A stretch of DNA of 63,893 nucleotides, the filler included, from Phoronis australis (Eukaryota > Animalia > Phoronida), in the NCBI GenBank assembly GCA_002633005.1. It is 7 parts of 7 records of this genome, joined end to end, with 100 filler letters (N's around TTAATTAATTAA, not from the genome) between each part and the next. Parts side by side here need not be neighbours in the genome. Positions count along the whole stretch, not along the records: positions 1 to 25,699 come from NMRA01001145.1; positions 25,800 to 43,564 come from NMRA01000202.1; 5 more parts are not named here. One strand, written 5' to 3'. Both the position numbers and the translations under genes were made by a program. Below the pieces are notes generated by a model. That model was not told the origin of the DNA. It was given only the letters and a program-made list of their open reading frames with translations, and made no database searches. The number at the start of each line of letters is the position of its first letter. The first letter of the stretch is position 1. Below are positions 25,416 to 37,300 of the stretch, one piece after another.

Positions 25416-25699
25416 GTGAGGATGGAACTCAGCAATGGAGGCAAATGGATAACATCAGCTGTGCACAAGAGCCTCATATTAATGGTATAAAGACCACAAC
25501 TATGATTCAAGAACATTAATGACATGTGTTTGTTTTATACATTTCAGCACCAAAATATGAAATCTTAACTCATAACTGATCCCTCACAATAGTTTCACAA
25601 AAAACTGTTCCAGCTGCTTGTTAACTTAAGAATTTGTGAAGCATTCTAAAAATGTCCGCACAATCATGAAGTTGAGAACATCTAGATTAGTAAATAAAC

Positions 25700-25799
25700 N
25701 NNNNNNNNNNNNNNNNNNNNNNNNNNNNNNNNNNNNNNNNNNNTTAATTAATTAANNNNNNNNNNNNNNNNNNNNNNNNNNNNNNNNNNNNNNNNNNNN
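25700..25799. other. Artificial 100-nt contig spacer N44-TTAATTAATTAA-N44 (also 43565-43664, 46738-46837, 50878-50977, 57346-57445, 60614-60713)
   Basis: Identical length and six-frame-stop core at six positions. Confidence 0.95.
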
Positions 25800-26295
25800 C
25801 CCCCTGAACCCCCCCGTAGATCCGCCACTGAAGTTGAGCCAGGTTTCCAACGGTATGTACTGTGATGATGATATTCTAATAGCGTGCACGGTGATGTCAT
25901 AATGAGTCTAGCCCCACGCTCCTGTCATAAATGGTTTCTTTCCAAACCCTTTCCCCCTCAAGTGATGGCGTGTGTAATACCGCCTGGCAAGTACGCGAAT
26001 ACAGAGCCTCCGATACAGCGCCACCTTCATGGAAATGCGGTCCCGTAAAATGACGATGAACGACACACGAAACCCCGTGGCGTTGGCTTTGTTACTCATG
26101 TCTTGGTTGGACGTTTGCTTTATGACACGAGAGTATGCCGAAAAACTATAAATTCAGTGCATGGTTTTGTTGTTTTGTTTGTACCGTTATACATGTATCT
26201 TGCGTGAGTGGAGTGCATCGATTTTATCTGTTCTTGGGGTTATAGCATTTCTCAACAGACGGAGCAGCATACTAACGCATTTCTCAAACCAGTGA

Positions 26296-27900
26296 CCTAC
26301 CCAAAATTCAACACCTACTTTACCCAAATCGGCCTATCCCTTTCTGAATCAATAACTATGATAAAAAACAAAAATTTCAAAGACTATCTTCCCACGCCAA
26401 ACAAATTTAAGTTCTCTTTCAAACTAATTAATAATAAACATGTGCTAGATATTATAAGAGACATGAACGCAAAAAATAGTTCTGGTCATGACAATTTATC
26501 ATCTAAAATTATCAAAATAAGCAGTCCTTTTATAATTGAACCTCTCACGACCATCATCAACCAGTGCTTGCTCACTGGTATATTTCCAGACTTGGTCACT
26601 GGTATATTTCCAGATTCTCTAAAGATTGTTAAGGTGATCCCAGTTTTTAAACAACATGGTTTGGACCCAGATCACCCGGGCAATTATAGACCCATTTCTG
26701 TTCTTCCAACAATCTCAAAAATTATAGAAAAAATTATCCATACTCAACTTTCATCTTTCCTAAATTAAAATGATATTCTTAATAAACATCAATATGGTTT
26801 CAGGAAATGTCACTCTACAGAACTTGCTTCGCTTGAACTTTTAGACCGCATTTGTTGCCAACTTGATAATGACATGAATCCCCTGGTCATCTTTCTAGAT
26901 CTCTCTAAAGCTTTCGACACAATAGACCACCAAATACTCTTGCAAAAGATAAATCACCATGGTATTACTGGAGTTGAATATACACTATTTAAAAGTTATC
27001 TCTAAAACCGCACCCAATATGTTTCACTAAGTGATACAACTTCCAGTTGGTTACCAATATCTACCGGAGTTCCACAAGGCTTTGTCCTTGGCCCACTTCT
27101 CTTCCTAGTTTACATAAATGATCTTTCGTTTTCTTCTCCCATGGACACTTCTTTATGCTGACGACTCTTGCCTCGTCACACCTTACAAACTGACTGAATC
27201 TTCCCAACACACTTTACAGCAATCAACCACCATCAACAACAACCTTAAATCTATTTCAGACTAGTTTTCTGTGAACAAACTTTCAATTAACACATCAAAA
27301 AGTAAATTAATGATCTTCCACTACCCCCAAAAGAAAATTAAAAAATGTATTATTCCCACCATTTATATAAATAGCAAAACAATATTTCATGTGAACAGTT
27401 TTCCTTTCCTTGGTATTACTGTTGACAAAAACCTCTCATGGTCCCCCCACATTAACCTCATCTCAAACAAACTCAACAATCTCGGTGGACTCTTATACAA
27501 ATTGAAATCTTATCTTCCTCTGCCAGCTCTCAACTTGATATATAATTCACTTGTCCTTCCACATTTAAACTATAGCCTTGCAACTTGGGGTTTTGGCAAC
27601 ACTAAGAAATTTCACACAGCCCAGAAAAGAATCCTTAGGACTATATCAAATTCCAGTTAAAATGCTCACTCTCTGCCCATATGTAAGGAATTTCGCCTCC
27701 CTCTAGTTCAAGACATCTTTAAAATCTCAACTGCAAAATTTTACTACGAATTCCTCAATAATCAGCTTCCTAAGTATTTTTACACTAACAACTTCTTTAG
27801 TTAATCCATCCAATATAAGACAACCAGACATTTTAAAACCCCTACATACCTGAATCAATACTTAGCTGCTATACCGACAATAAAAATTTTAATTCCTCTG
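26296..27900 (+). mobile_element. CR1/L2-group (Jockey-group) non-LTR retrotransposon ORF2 RT remnant, 5'-truncated
   Basis: FNTYFTQIG, NYRPISVLPTISKIIEK, QYGFRK, FLDLSKAFDTIDH, GVPQG.VLGPLLFLVYINDL, LYADD and LSWSPHI. Several stops, a frameshift and a 24-bp internal duplication (TGIFPD twice). Confidence 0.9.
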
Positions 27901-28470
27901 TCCAACAAATTGTCATGAAAAGCCTGTATTAGATTTCAGATTCCTCGACTTATAAACAACAACGAAATACCAGTCTTTGCTCTAAATATAATAAAAACGC
28001 ATTCTTTGCAAGCAAAGGTCAGCCCATCGCCACCACTGCCGCTCCGTTCTCCGAATGTCGCCATATTTGTACCGAACCACCCACGTCTAACATACATGTA
28101 GGTGGAGGTGACAATACCGAGGATGCAGCCATCAGGATTTGAGTAACCGTGAATCAACAAAGTTTCACAGTGTGAGCCTTGGGCCAGCGGTGGGAACTGC
28201 CTCAAGTAAATATAGCTGAGATCTATCAGTGTGAAAATACGAAATACGACTGACTAGGCTAGTTGCTGGTCAGCGCAGCTACATGTATGATTCTCTTAAG
28301 ATAGGCAGCTGAGCTCGTACCTATCCGTCTGCTCTTGCTCTACGATCAAGATTCGTTTCATTGTGATCCAGTGTCGGGTAAAGTTCATTTTATTCTGCTC
28401 ATAGTGCCTTAGAAGCTATCTCGAAATCCCTCATTGAAACACGGCCAGTTTCTGGAGGCTGGAGAAAATG

Positions 28471-28760
28471 ATACAAAGTGTGTCTCAAAGTACAGACTTC
28501 AACGCCTGGAATTCAAATTTAGGTCCGGCGCGTGGACCACTGAGATTCTCCGCAGGCATACTGCTGGCTACACTTTATTTAACGAGGGTGTGTCAGTCAT
28601 GACGTGCTCCGTCTGTTTAGAAAACATGGGAATGACAAGCAAACGTTTTAGTTTTGGAGAACAAGCAGTTATTGCGCAATACTACTGGAAACTACATTGT
28701 AAAAACACCAAAGAAGCGCAAAGACATTCTTTCCAAGTTAATGGGAAATGCATTTAATTT
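28471..28760 (+). mobile_element. Possible 5' remnant of a Tc1/mariner element
   Basis: TACAAAGTGTGTCTCAAA resembles mariner-type termini. Downstream MTSKRFSFGEQAVIAQYYWKLHCKNTKEAQR resembles the N-terminal HTH of such transposases (from recall only). Confidence 0.3.
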
Positions 28761-31711
28761 GATTTATTTAAAGACTCAAGTTCCTTTTTCGATCTACGGT
28801 TTGTGAATTTAAACCACTAATGTACTTCCTAAGTCAAGAAACAATATATGGGTAGCGCACCAAAGGGGCTGCGGGCTATAGCCCCACTGTTTTCAGTGCT
28901 CAGCTGCCCCGTAATATATTGTCATTTGAATTGTGTTTCGAAACATTTTGGGGCAATTTGTAGAACTGTCCGACAGGCATCAATATCCGTCAGACTAAAT
29001 GTATTTCATTCGTTATTTGGGGATCTGGTGATACATGAAGATCAAATTTCCTAATGTCAGCCTGCAACTAAGTTTAGTCAGGCATCGTTATTTCTCACAA
29101 GATTAGCTTCTAATTGTAAATAATCATCTCTTAACTCGGTCGATTTTCCTACATGCAGATACCGTACATAGATTCAGTAAATCAGAAACCAGAGCAATCA
29201 ATTCTACGAGCAATGCGTTTTACCTTGATTTTATGACATAATTCCTGTTTGTTCACCTGTTTTTGAGATTAAAGTACAAATCTTATATATAAGTAAAACG
29301 CAATGCATTTATTGTCACTTGAATTCGGGGGATATATGTATCTTTGGGAACTGTCGGAATTTCAGCTATGTCTGATAGTTATTTTAGATAGGCAAAAATC
29401 GTTTAAGTCCACTACACTACTAGGGGATAGGATTATTGAACTTTTCCAACTTAAGTCTGCAACTGAATTCGTTGAAACATCACCGATTCTTGCATGATTA
29501 TCTTCTAATTGTCAAAAAATCATCCACGAACCTGCCGATTTTCTTAGATACACAAACAAGTAAATAAGAAACCAGCGAATATTTTTATCAAAACGGAATG
29601 CAGGCATGCAGCCACGCGGATTTTTGCGGTTAAAAGAGGGAACATGGGAGATAGGACTCTGATATTAAGGTATATTTTTGCTGAATTCAGTGGTACCTAT
29701 AACGGTGCACGAATAAAATTTAAACTCCAAAATAAGTTGAAATCTGTTTATTTTTTTCGAGTACCTTAAGTATCCCCGTTTGACATGTACACGGTTGTCA
29801 GAAATTGCAACCTCGACAGCTTTTCGACATGGGCAAATTCCTTACAAGAACCTCCTAAATACTATTTTTGTGATACTACGGAAAAAAGATAAAATTATTT
29901 TATAGTTGACCACCGGAAATAGTCGTTTTGTGTAATTCACAAATGGTGGTCTTCAAGTACCCTCTTAGTCAGTATGAAAACCTGTAATACGATTTCACAA
30001 AAACAGGAAAACAGAGGTAAATTCCAACAGTGGGCTCTCTCTTTGTAAGTGCCCATTTAAGAATTTGTCTTTAAACACACGAAAAGTGTGTGCACTTGAA
30101 TATCATCTATGATCCCCTTTAAAAGCTGGGCCCTCAAATGTAAAAAGATCTATGATTTCAAAAATCAGGAATTGTGCATCAATCGATTCCAGCTGTCGGG
30201 TCAACAATTTTTCTCATGTGATAATAATATCGAGAGAAAAACTGAACAGTCGTTAGGTCGTCTGAAAAAAATCATGTTGGATCAAAATTGTCTTATTGAC
30301 TTTAAAAATCCAGTGAATTCATGTTGCCCGTAAAAGGTTCGCAATACAATTTTTCGCGATTTTTCGAAATACATGTATAAATGATTAAGTGCACGTTTTG
30401 AAATACATTTAGACGCCTGCAGTGTTAATGTATGCTGCAAAACGGAGACCTTGTCAATTTCCTGACAAGGGCCCTCAAAGGGTAAATCATGTACTGATAC
30501 TGAGTTGTAGAAAGTTCTCTTAATTTTATCTCATCTCCGTACTTCGCAGTCTTTGTCTTCTCGGGTTTTCGGCGACACTCCTATGTCGGTTGGCACGATT
30601 TAACCCTGACACTTGCCAGTTTTTTGGTTGGATGCCGCTTCCCACGGGCCTGAACATGAGCCGTCACGAATTTTGAATGTGATTTCGTATTGAATTCCCT
30701 TGGGTTGAACTAACTCCAAAAATGACAGGGAAGAAACACATTCTCTTGATTAAACCATGATTCTTTAGTCCCAGTCCAAACGTTATATACATTTATAGTT
30801 AGATGGGACGCTGGCTGGATGGCAACAGCGTCATTGACTTCTTGGGTATGAAGCTGGCTTACAACAGGTTACACGTTGTTCCAGGTTGTCTTTATGCTGT
30901 CCCGTCGGGACAGTTTGACTCACATGAAGCCGGCTTAAAGGCAACAGCAGTCATGCTTGTCCTTTGTTGTCTTTATATACTGCCCCGTCGAGACAGTTAT
31001 CAGTAGAGCAGGGCCCGAACCTCTGGACCTGCATGTTTGACTTCTACATGTAAATATATAGACTGAAACCAGAAAGCAATTCGTCATCATGCGGCGCTGA
31101 TCATTGCCTGTGGTGCTATTTCACTACCTGAATGCATTCATTCATTCAGGGCTACGTTCACAAGAATAAGTTTGCACGTGCTCCGTATTGTCGTCATGCA
31201 GATTATCCAGACTAATTTATAAATCTTGCGCAAAAATGTGGTGTTGAGAATTAAGTCCAGATAGCACTGTTGTTGCATCATTGTCCAATTAATAAAGCTA
31301 AAGTAATGCTCTACAAAGTGCACTGTACATGTAGGTGGTGCTTAACGTTGTCTACCAAACGCTTGATGTCCTAGCGAAAATGTTGTTTCCTTATATCAAA
31401 CAATGGTGTTTAATTCCTTTTTGTTTAGGTCAGTCGGAAAACACTACAACTGTCGTGGTCACCACGTCTGGACTTTGAAGAAGACAATGACTGATTCATC
31501 GTTGTTAGCTGTCTCAATTATTATTTTCGTGGTCGTGAAAGGTGGGAGGCAGCTTGTGTTAATAATTCCTGTTCAACCAAATCTTTAATTCTTTAATAAC
31601 ACCTTCAAAATAACTTTAAAACACAGAATGTAAGTCGTGGCCTACATTATGATGTGTACATGTAAAGGGGTATGTTTCATACATGTATCCATGTACATGT
31701 ATATATGTACG

Positions 31712-31792
31712 TTTGTGTGTGTGTGCATGTTCGTGCGTGCGCTTTCGTGTACGTTAGTGCGTGCGTGCGTGCGTGTATGTGTACGTATGTGC
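31712..31792. repeat. Degenerate (GT)n/(GTGC)n microsatellite
   Basis: Directly visible. Confidence 0.8.
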
Positions 31793-32991
31793 AATTTTAT
31801 CCTATACGCGTGATAGTCATGCATTTTGGGTCGTATTAAGAGGTTTGATATTGAAGAACTACTTTTCCGTAGTCAACGTGCGTTGAATATGGATTTTCCG
31901 TATTCAACGAGCGTTGAATACGGATGCCGTCTTTCTCGCCAAAAGTCACTCCTGAGCACACAATACAGTACAATTGACAGAAACATGATTTTATACATGC
32001 ATAAACCATCACTCTGAGTTCAGCTCCGTGCGCAATATTTTCACATGCCAATATAACTATGATAGGAGTTCTGAAAACTAAACAAAAAGTGAACTAAAAA
32101 TATCGTTGACAATGTTTCTTGATATATCCAGAAATTTTGCAACTGAGTAGAACACTTACATAGAAATCACAAAAAGTCTCGAATTTTCCACGACATATTT
32201 GAATTTAGGAAAGCAATATGCATTACAAATGCATGCCTCCATTTGGTCACCTATTGCAGTAAACCAGTTGAGGTCCTTTACGGTCAAATATGAGTAAATT
32301 TTTAAATTTGTTCTCAAAACAATCTAATGCGTCGAGCCCAAAAGCAAAAATGCAACTTCTGTAAACACTGTATTTTTGTCACCTTTACGATAAATTTCGG
32401 AATACTTTCCACCTAAAAATGACAAGAACCGCGCGTAAGGAGCATTTTTAAGAAGCGTCTGAACGTGCATCATCCAAAACTTCTGGTTGTCCTGCACAGA
32501 TATTACTCAACGAAGTCAAAAAAATCGTCCGAAATGTGAGGAAACTTTAACTTAGAAATAGATTTAGCTCCAACCCTGACGAAAATAACGAGAATAGCAG
32601 ATATGCACACCAAGCCTGTAGCTGCTGTAAAATACAACTTGACTGCCGTGTCATGCCGGCTGCACAAAATTCATTCCTAAGAATTTTGCTTGCACGTACA
32701 GTTGTATACGTGTTACGCGATCTGCGATCATCATTGATAAAAGATGACAAACTACACCAAAGCAAGCGGAGCAATCTGAGTAAACCCGCTTCTTTAAAGA
32801 ATCCTCAGTGGGGCGCATAGGGTAGGCCTAAATAGGTTATACAACGTACGTGTTTGTAGCAGTGAGTTATTATATCTCGATTCGTGATATGCAACATATC
32901 AAATACTTTTGCATTTCACGAAACTACATATAATAACCACTGGTACAATCACGTACATTGTACGTTGTATAACCTGTATGTATACATGTAT

Positions 32992-34173
32992 ATACAGATT
33001 ATTACATGGCGAAGTCGTTATCCCCCGTTATCTAGAGCCCGAGTGAATTTTGGAAAATTGTCGCCCGAGGGGCGTTATCCCCGAGGGTGATAATTCTACA
33101 AAATCCACGAGGGCTCTAGATAACGGGGATAACGACTGAGAACATGTAATAATCTATTTATACCACATACTGAACGAGAAACATTGCAATGAATCGATCT
33201 ACCTTTCTCGACTCGCCTCGGCTTTGTAACTACTTTCTATGTCAGAGGCCCGGGGTCGGAGGTTGTGACCTTTTAAGAAAAGCCGAGATATTTTTGTAAA
33301 ATAATGCTCTTACTCAAAAGCAATTGAAAAATAAAACAAAGTAGAAATAAAGTGAATCTATAAATTAAGGTTTAGCAACTGTTATAGCTTACTACACATT
33401 TTATCACGCTAAGCTTCGACCGGGAATATATCGCCTGCTAAAGTAGGTTACCACTAGTAGCTGATTATAATGCTCAAGTTAAAGGATCCCGACCACACGA
33501 AACCTGCATTCAAATTGGAGATCGGTGATTTACAAGTGAGAGAACACGAGAGAAAAATTTCACTGAATTACAATATCGTTTTCATGGAAATTATGCGTCT
33601 TATTTTTCATAGCGTATACATGTAATTGTCGGTGCAATGAACTTTGTTGAACATGCGATTGTTGCGCGTGCTCATTTAAAGTCCTTCTTGCAAACTGCCC
33701 ATGTGGTTCCAGTATCCGAAAATACTTACTACATAAATTCTTATTTTCGACACCCTTTCTTTACATTCTTTTCGCCTTTCTTGCCAAAAGCGATTTTTAA
33801 CAGTATTTGACCCTTTTCTCTGAGCGTATGATTACCGGTTGTCATCGGTTATTTCCGTACCCACATTTCCGGCTCATCAGTTCAGGAACTTGTCCTGAAC
33901 GCCGCCATTTTTTCCTTGTAACTGAATGTGCTATGACTTGCTCGAAAAGTCTTCATTATTTTGTTTTATTAGTAATATATCGTGATTCGTTTGCANATTT
34001 TCACGTTCAATGACGTCAGACGCTGAGTGGTGTAGTGGCAAAGTCGGCGACTCGCAATTGTTGAGGCCCGGGTTCGAAACCGGCCTCGGTTTCCCGCCAA
34101 AATGTTATCTCACTAGTGAGATAACTTTATGGGTTATTATCTGCCATCCGAGGCTAATATTGTGGTATAAATA
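32992..34173. mobile_element. Non-autonomous Crypton-like element with a ~160-bp terminal palindrome
   Basis: Arms AGATTATTACATG..GTCGTTATCCCC.GTTATCTAGAGCCC / GGGCTCTAGATAACGGGGATAACGAC..CATGTAATAATCT (32996-33155). ATTTATACCACA (33156-33167) is inverted to TGTGGTATAAAT (34161-34172). Perfect 22-bp palindrome at 34104-34125. Family assignment is from recalled architecture. Confidence 0.6.
34022..34091 (+). pseudogene. tRNA-derived sequence (anticodon loop CTCGCAA, Ala-CGC-like) inside the Crypton-like element
   Basis: A box TGGTGTAGTGG, B box GGTTCGAAACC, acceptor-like GCTGAG/CTCGGT, anticodon stem GGCGA/TTGTT. D and T stems are imperfect. Confidence 0.6.
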
Positions 34174-34399
34174 TACATGACTGACGTTCCAAAACCTGCC
34201 CCTCATATTTTACATCGGATGTCTCTTGTATTAAATTACCCATAACCAAATAAATTAGGAAATCAAGTACGGTACACAACTAGACGGCGTGACAATAATG
34301 GAGTCTGCGCGTGCGTATTACTGGAATTGTTAAGGGACGTTACTGACAGCACTCCATTTACCAATATGAAAAGGAATTCTTTGAAATTGTAGGAGAAAC

Positions 34400-37300
34400 T
34401 TCATGTTAATATTTTGATGACTTTTCCACTAACTGACCCCTTCCGGTGCATTATGAGCCCCGATGAGGGAATAATTGTAAACTCGATTAAAAGTGTGGTT
34501 AATGCTAAGAATCACACATGTTTTACTGTAAGCACTTCAGAATACAAGATGAATGAATTGGTCAACATTTCAGAAAAAAATGCACCTAATGATCCCATGG
34601 GTGCAATAAAGGGCCTGAAAATTTAGAAATCAAGCACAATCGCATTTACTAAACAGATGTGTAATTTTGAAGTCTCTAGTTCAAAATTTTAGTTTGCACT
34701 CAATGACCTTTGACCTATTTTTTCTGATTGGTTAGGCCTATTGCGTAGTAAAATAGGGTGTTCAATAGGCATGTTGACTTATACATGTACCAGCGTGCTG
34801 AAATTGAAAAGACTTCTTTGAATATGTAGGAGATATAAAATTTTGAACATTAGATGACCTTTGCACTAGTTGACCCCATCCGGTTTATTATTAGCCTCTT
34901 TAGGAGAATTATTGCAAAGCCCGTGAAAAGTGTGTTTAATGCTAAGAATCACAGTTGTCTAACGGTTGACACATCAGAATAATTGATGAATGAAAAGGAA
35001 AATTTTCTGAAGAAAAATACACCTAATGACCCCATGATTGCACTAAATGACCTGAAACTTTGTATTTCGAATTGAATTTGACATCCCTTTAAGACTTGCG
35101 AATTTGAAGTGTCTAGCTTAAAATTTGAGTTTTGCACCTAATTACCTTTGACTTGTTTAATCTGATTTGAGGATTCGATTACTTAGAAAAGTAATTTTTT
35201 AAATTATCTTGTTGACTTATACATGAGCACCGAAAAACATAGCTTTAAAACTGAAGAAGGATTGGGATTTTGAAAGTTTTATGACCTTTGCACCAAACGA
35301 CAACTTTTGGTGCAATATGGAATAAGACTATACAACGAATCAAAATTTATGTACTGTCAAAAATCGTATGCTGAATTTAAAGAACGTACCTGCCCCAATT
35401 TGGAGCTATTAAGTGTCAAAGTTGGTCGAAAGAAGAATAAGAATAACAATAATAAGAAGAATAAAATTGAAGAAAACCCACGAACAACAGTAATCTGCGC
35501 TTGCACGCGTAGAATAATAAGAAGATAAAATACGTAGAACAGCGAAACTCTGCACTTGAACGCGCAGAGTAATATGAAGATAAAATACGTAGAACAGTAA
35601 AACTCTGCGCTAGCACGCGCAGAGTAATAATGATAAGATAAAATACGTAGAACAGTAAAACTCTGCGCTGCACTCTCAGAGTAATAGCTAAAGCACAATT
35701 GCGTATGCGCACTTACAACTCGGCGCGTGGTGCACGCACGTGCAGAGTAAAGTATGGGTGAATTACATTGCATAGAAGTTGCATCATTTGGATGAAAGAT
35801 AGAGAGGGCCCTTTTAACTATGAAAGGGCAAGAGTGCAAAGTTAGAATATCAACAGAAAACTGCACTTAATGACCCCACAGTTGCACCTAATGATCCCAA
35901 AATTTGTGACTGAATTTCCTGCACGAATGAAAATAATGTACGTGATTATGTAAGGTCTAGGTCAAAAATCAATTTTGCAGTTTCTGACCTTTCACCCAGA
36001 TTTGCGGTTAAGTTGATCAGATCGAAATTCCTTGTAAGTTGTGCGTGCTCTTATGTGGCACCAAGCTGTTTGCAAAATTTGAAGAGGCAATCTTAAAAAT
36101 CGCAAAAGGAGAAGCACTTCAACTAAATGTACTGGTTGACCCCTGTTGGGGTCCTATGGTGTATTTTGGATCATACTCGTATTATCAATAGTGTTTGATT
36201 CGCAACTGGTTAAACCACCATGAATATGAATGCTCTCTGTAAGACAACATCTAGGTACGAGCTGATTGGAAAAGTCTGAAATTTAAGCGATAAAAGCACT
36301 TAGTGACCCCAAGGTTGCATCTAATGACTCCAAAGTTTGTGGCTGAAGTTCGTTTGTGAATGGATATAATATGCATGATTATGAAAGGTCTAGCTCAAAA
36401 ATTACTTTTGCACTGAATGACCTTTGACCCGGAAATTCGGTTCCCTTGATCCGATTTAAATTCCAAGTAAATGTCGGGTGCACTTCTCTATTGCCTGCTT
36501 GTTATCAAAATTCGGAGAGTTTAATCTAAAAACCTGTAAAAGAAAAAGCAATTTGACTGAATGCACCTCTTAACACGTTTTGGGTCAATCCAGTGTATTT
36601 TGAATCAAATCCATGTGATCAAAAAATTTGCTCGGCAATTGGATGAACCACCATGAATATGAACGCTCTCTCTAATACAATTTGTATGCACCAGCTCATT
36701 GAAAAGTCAGAAATTTAACAAAAAGCTGCACCTAGTGACACCAAAGATTGTGTTTGTACTTTCTTTGTGAATTGAAATAATATTCGTGATTACGAAACGT
36801 CTAGCTCAAAAAATCTCTTTTGCACTTAATGACCTTTGACCCGGAAACTCGGTTCCTCGATCCAATTCGAATTCCAAATAAATTTTGGAAGGAGTTCTCT
36901 AGTGCCTACTTGATATAAAATTTTGGAGAGTCTATCTAAAAGCCTGTATAAGAGAAGCATTTTGATGAAATGCACTCCTTTACCTGTTTCGGGTCATTCC
37001 GGTGCATTTTGGGTCAAAATAATATAATCTTTAACAACCCAATGTTTATCCTATGAACCATAATGAATACGAAAGTTGTAAGCGAAGCGATGTAAAAGTA
37101 CTAATAATCTGAAAAGGAAGGAATATTAATGGTAATAATAATAATAAGAAGAAGAAGAAGAAGAAGAAGAAGAACAAGAAAAAGAACGCAAATGTGTATG
37201 CGCATTTGCAACTCTGCGCGTTTTGTATGCACATAAATAGTGAAGTATAGGCGCATTACATTGCATAAAGTTGCATCCTTTGTGTGAAAGATAGCGATGA

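Noticed and set aside
33860-33885. Minus-strand CTGATGAGCCGGAAA hammerhead-like core
   Set aside because: No room for stem II and no supporting stems I or III.
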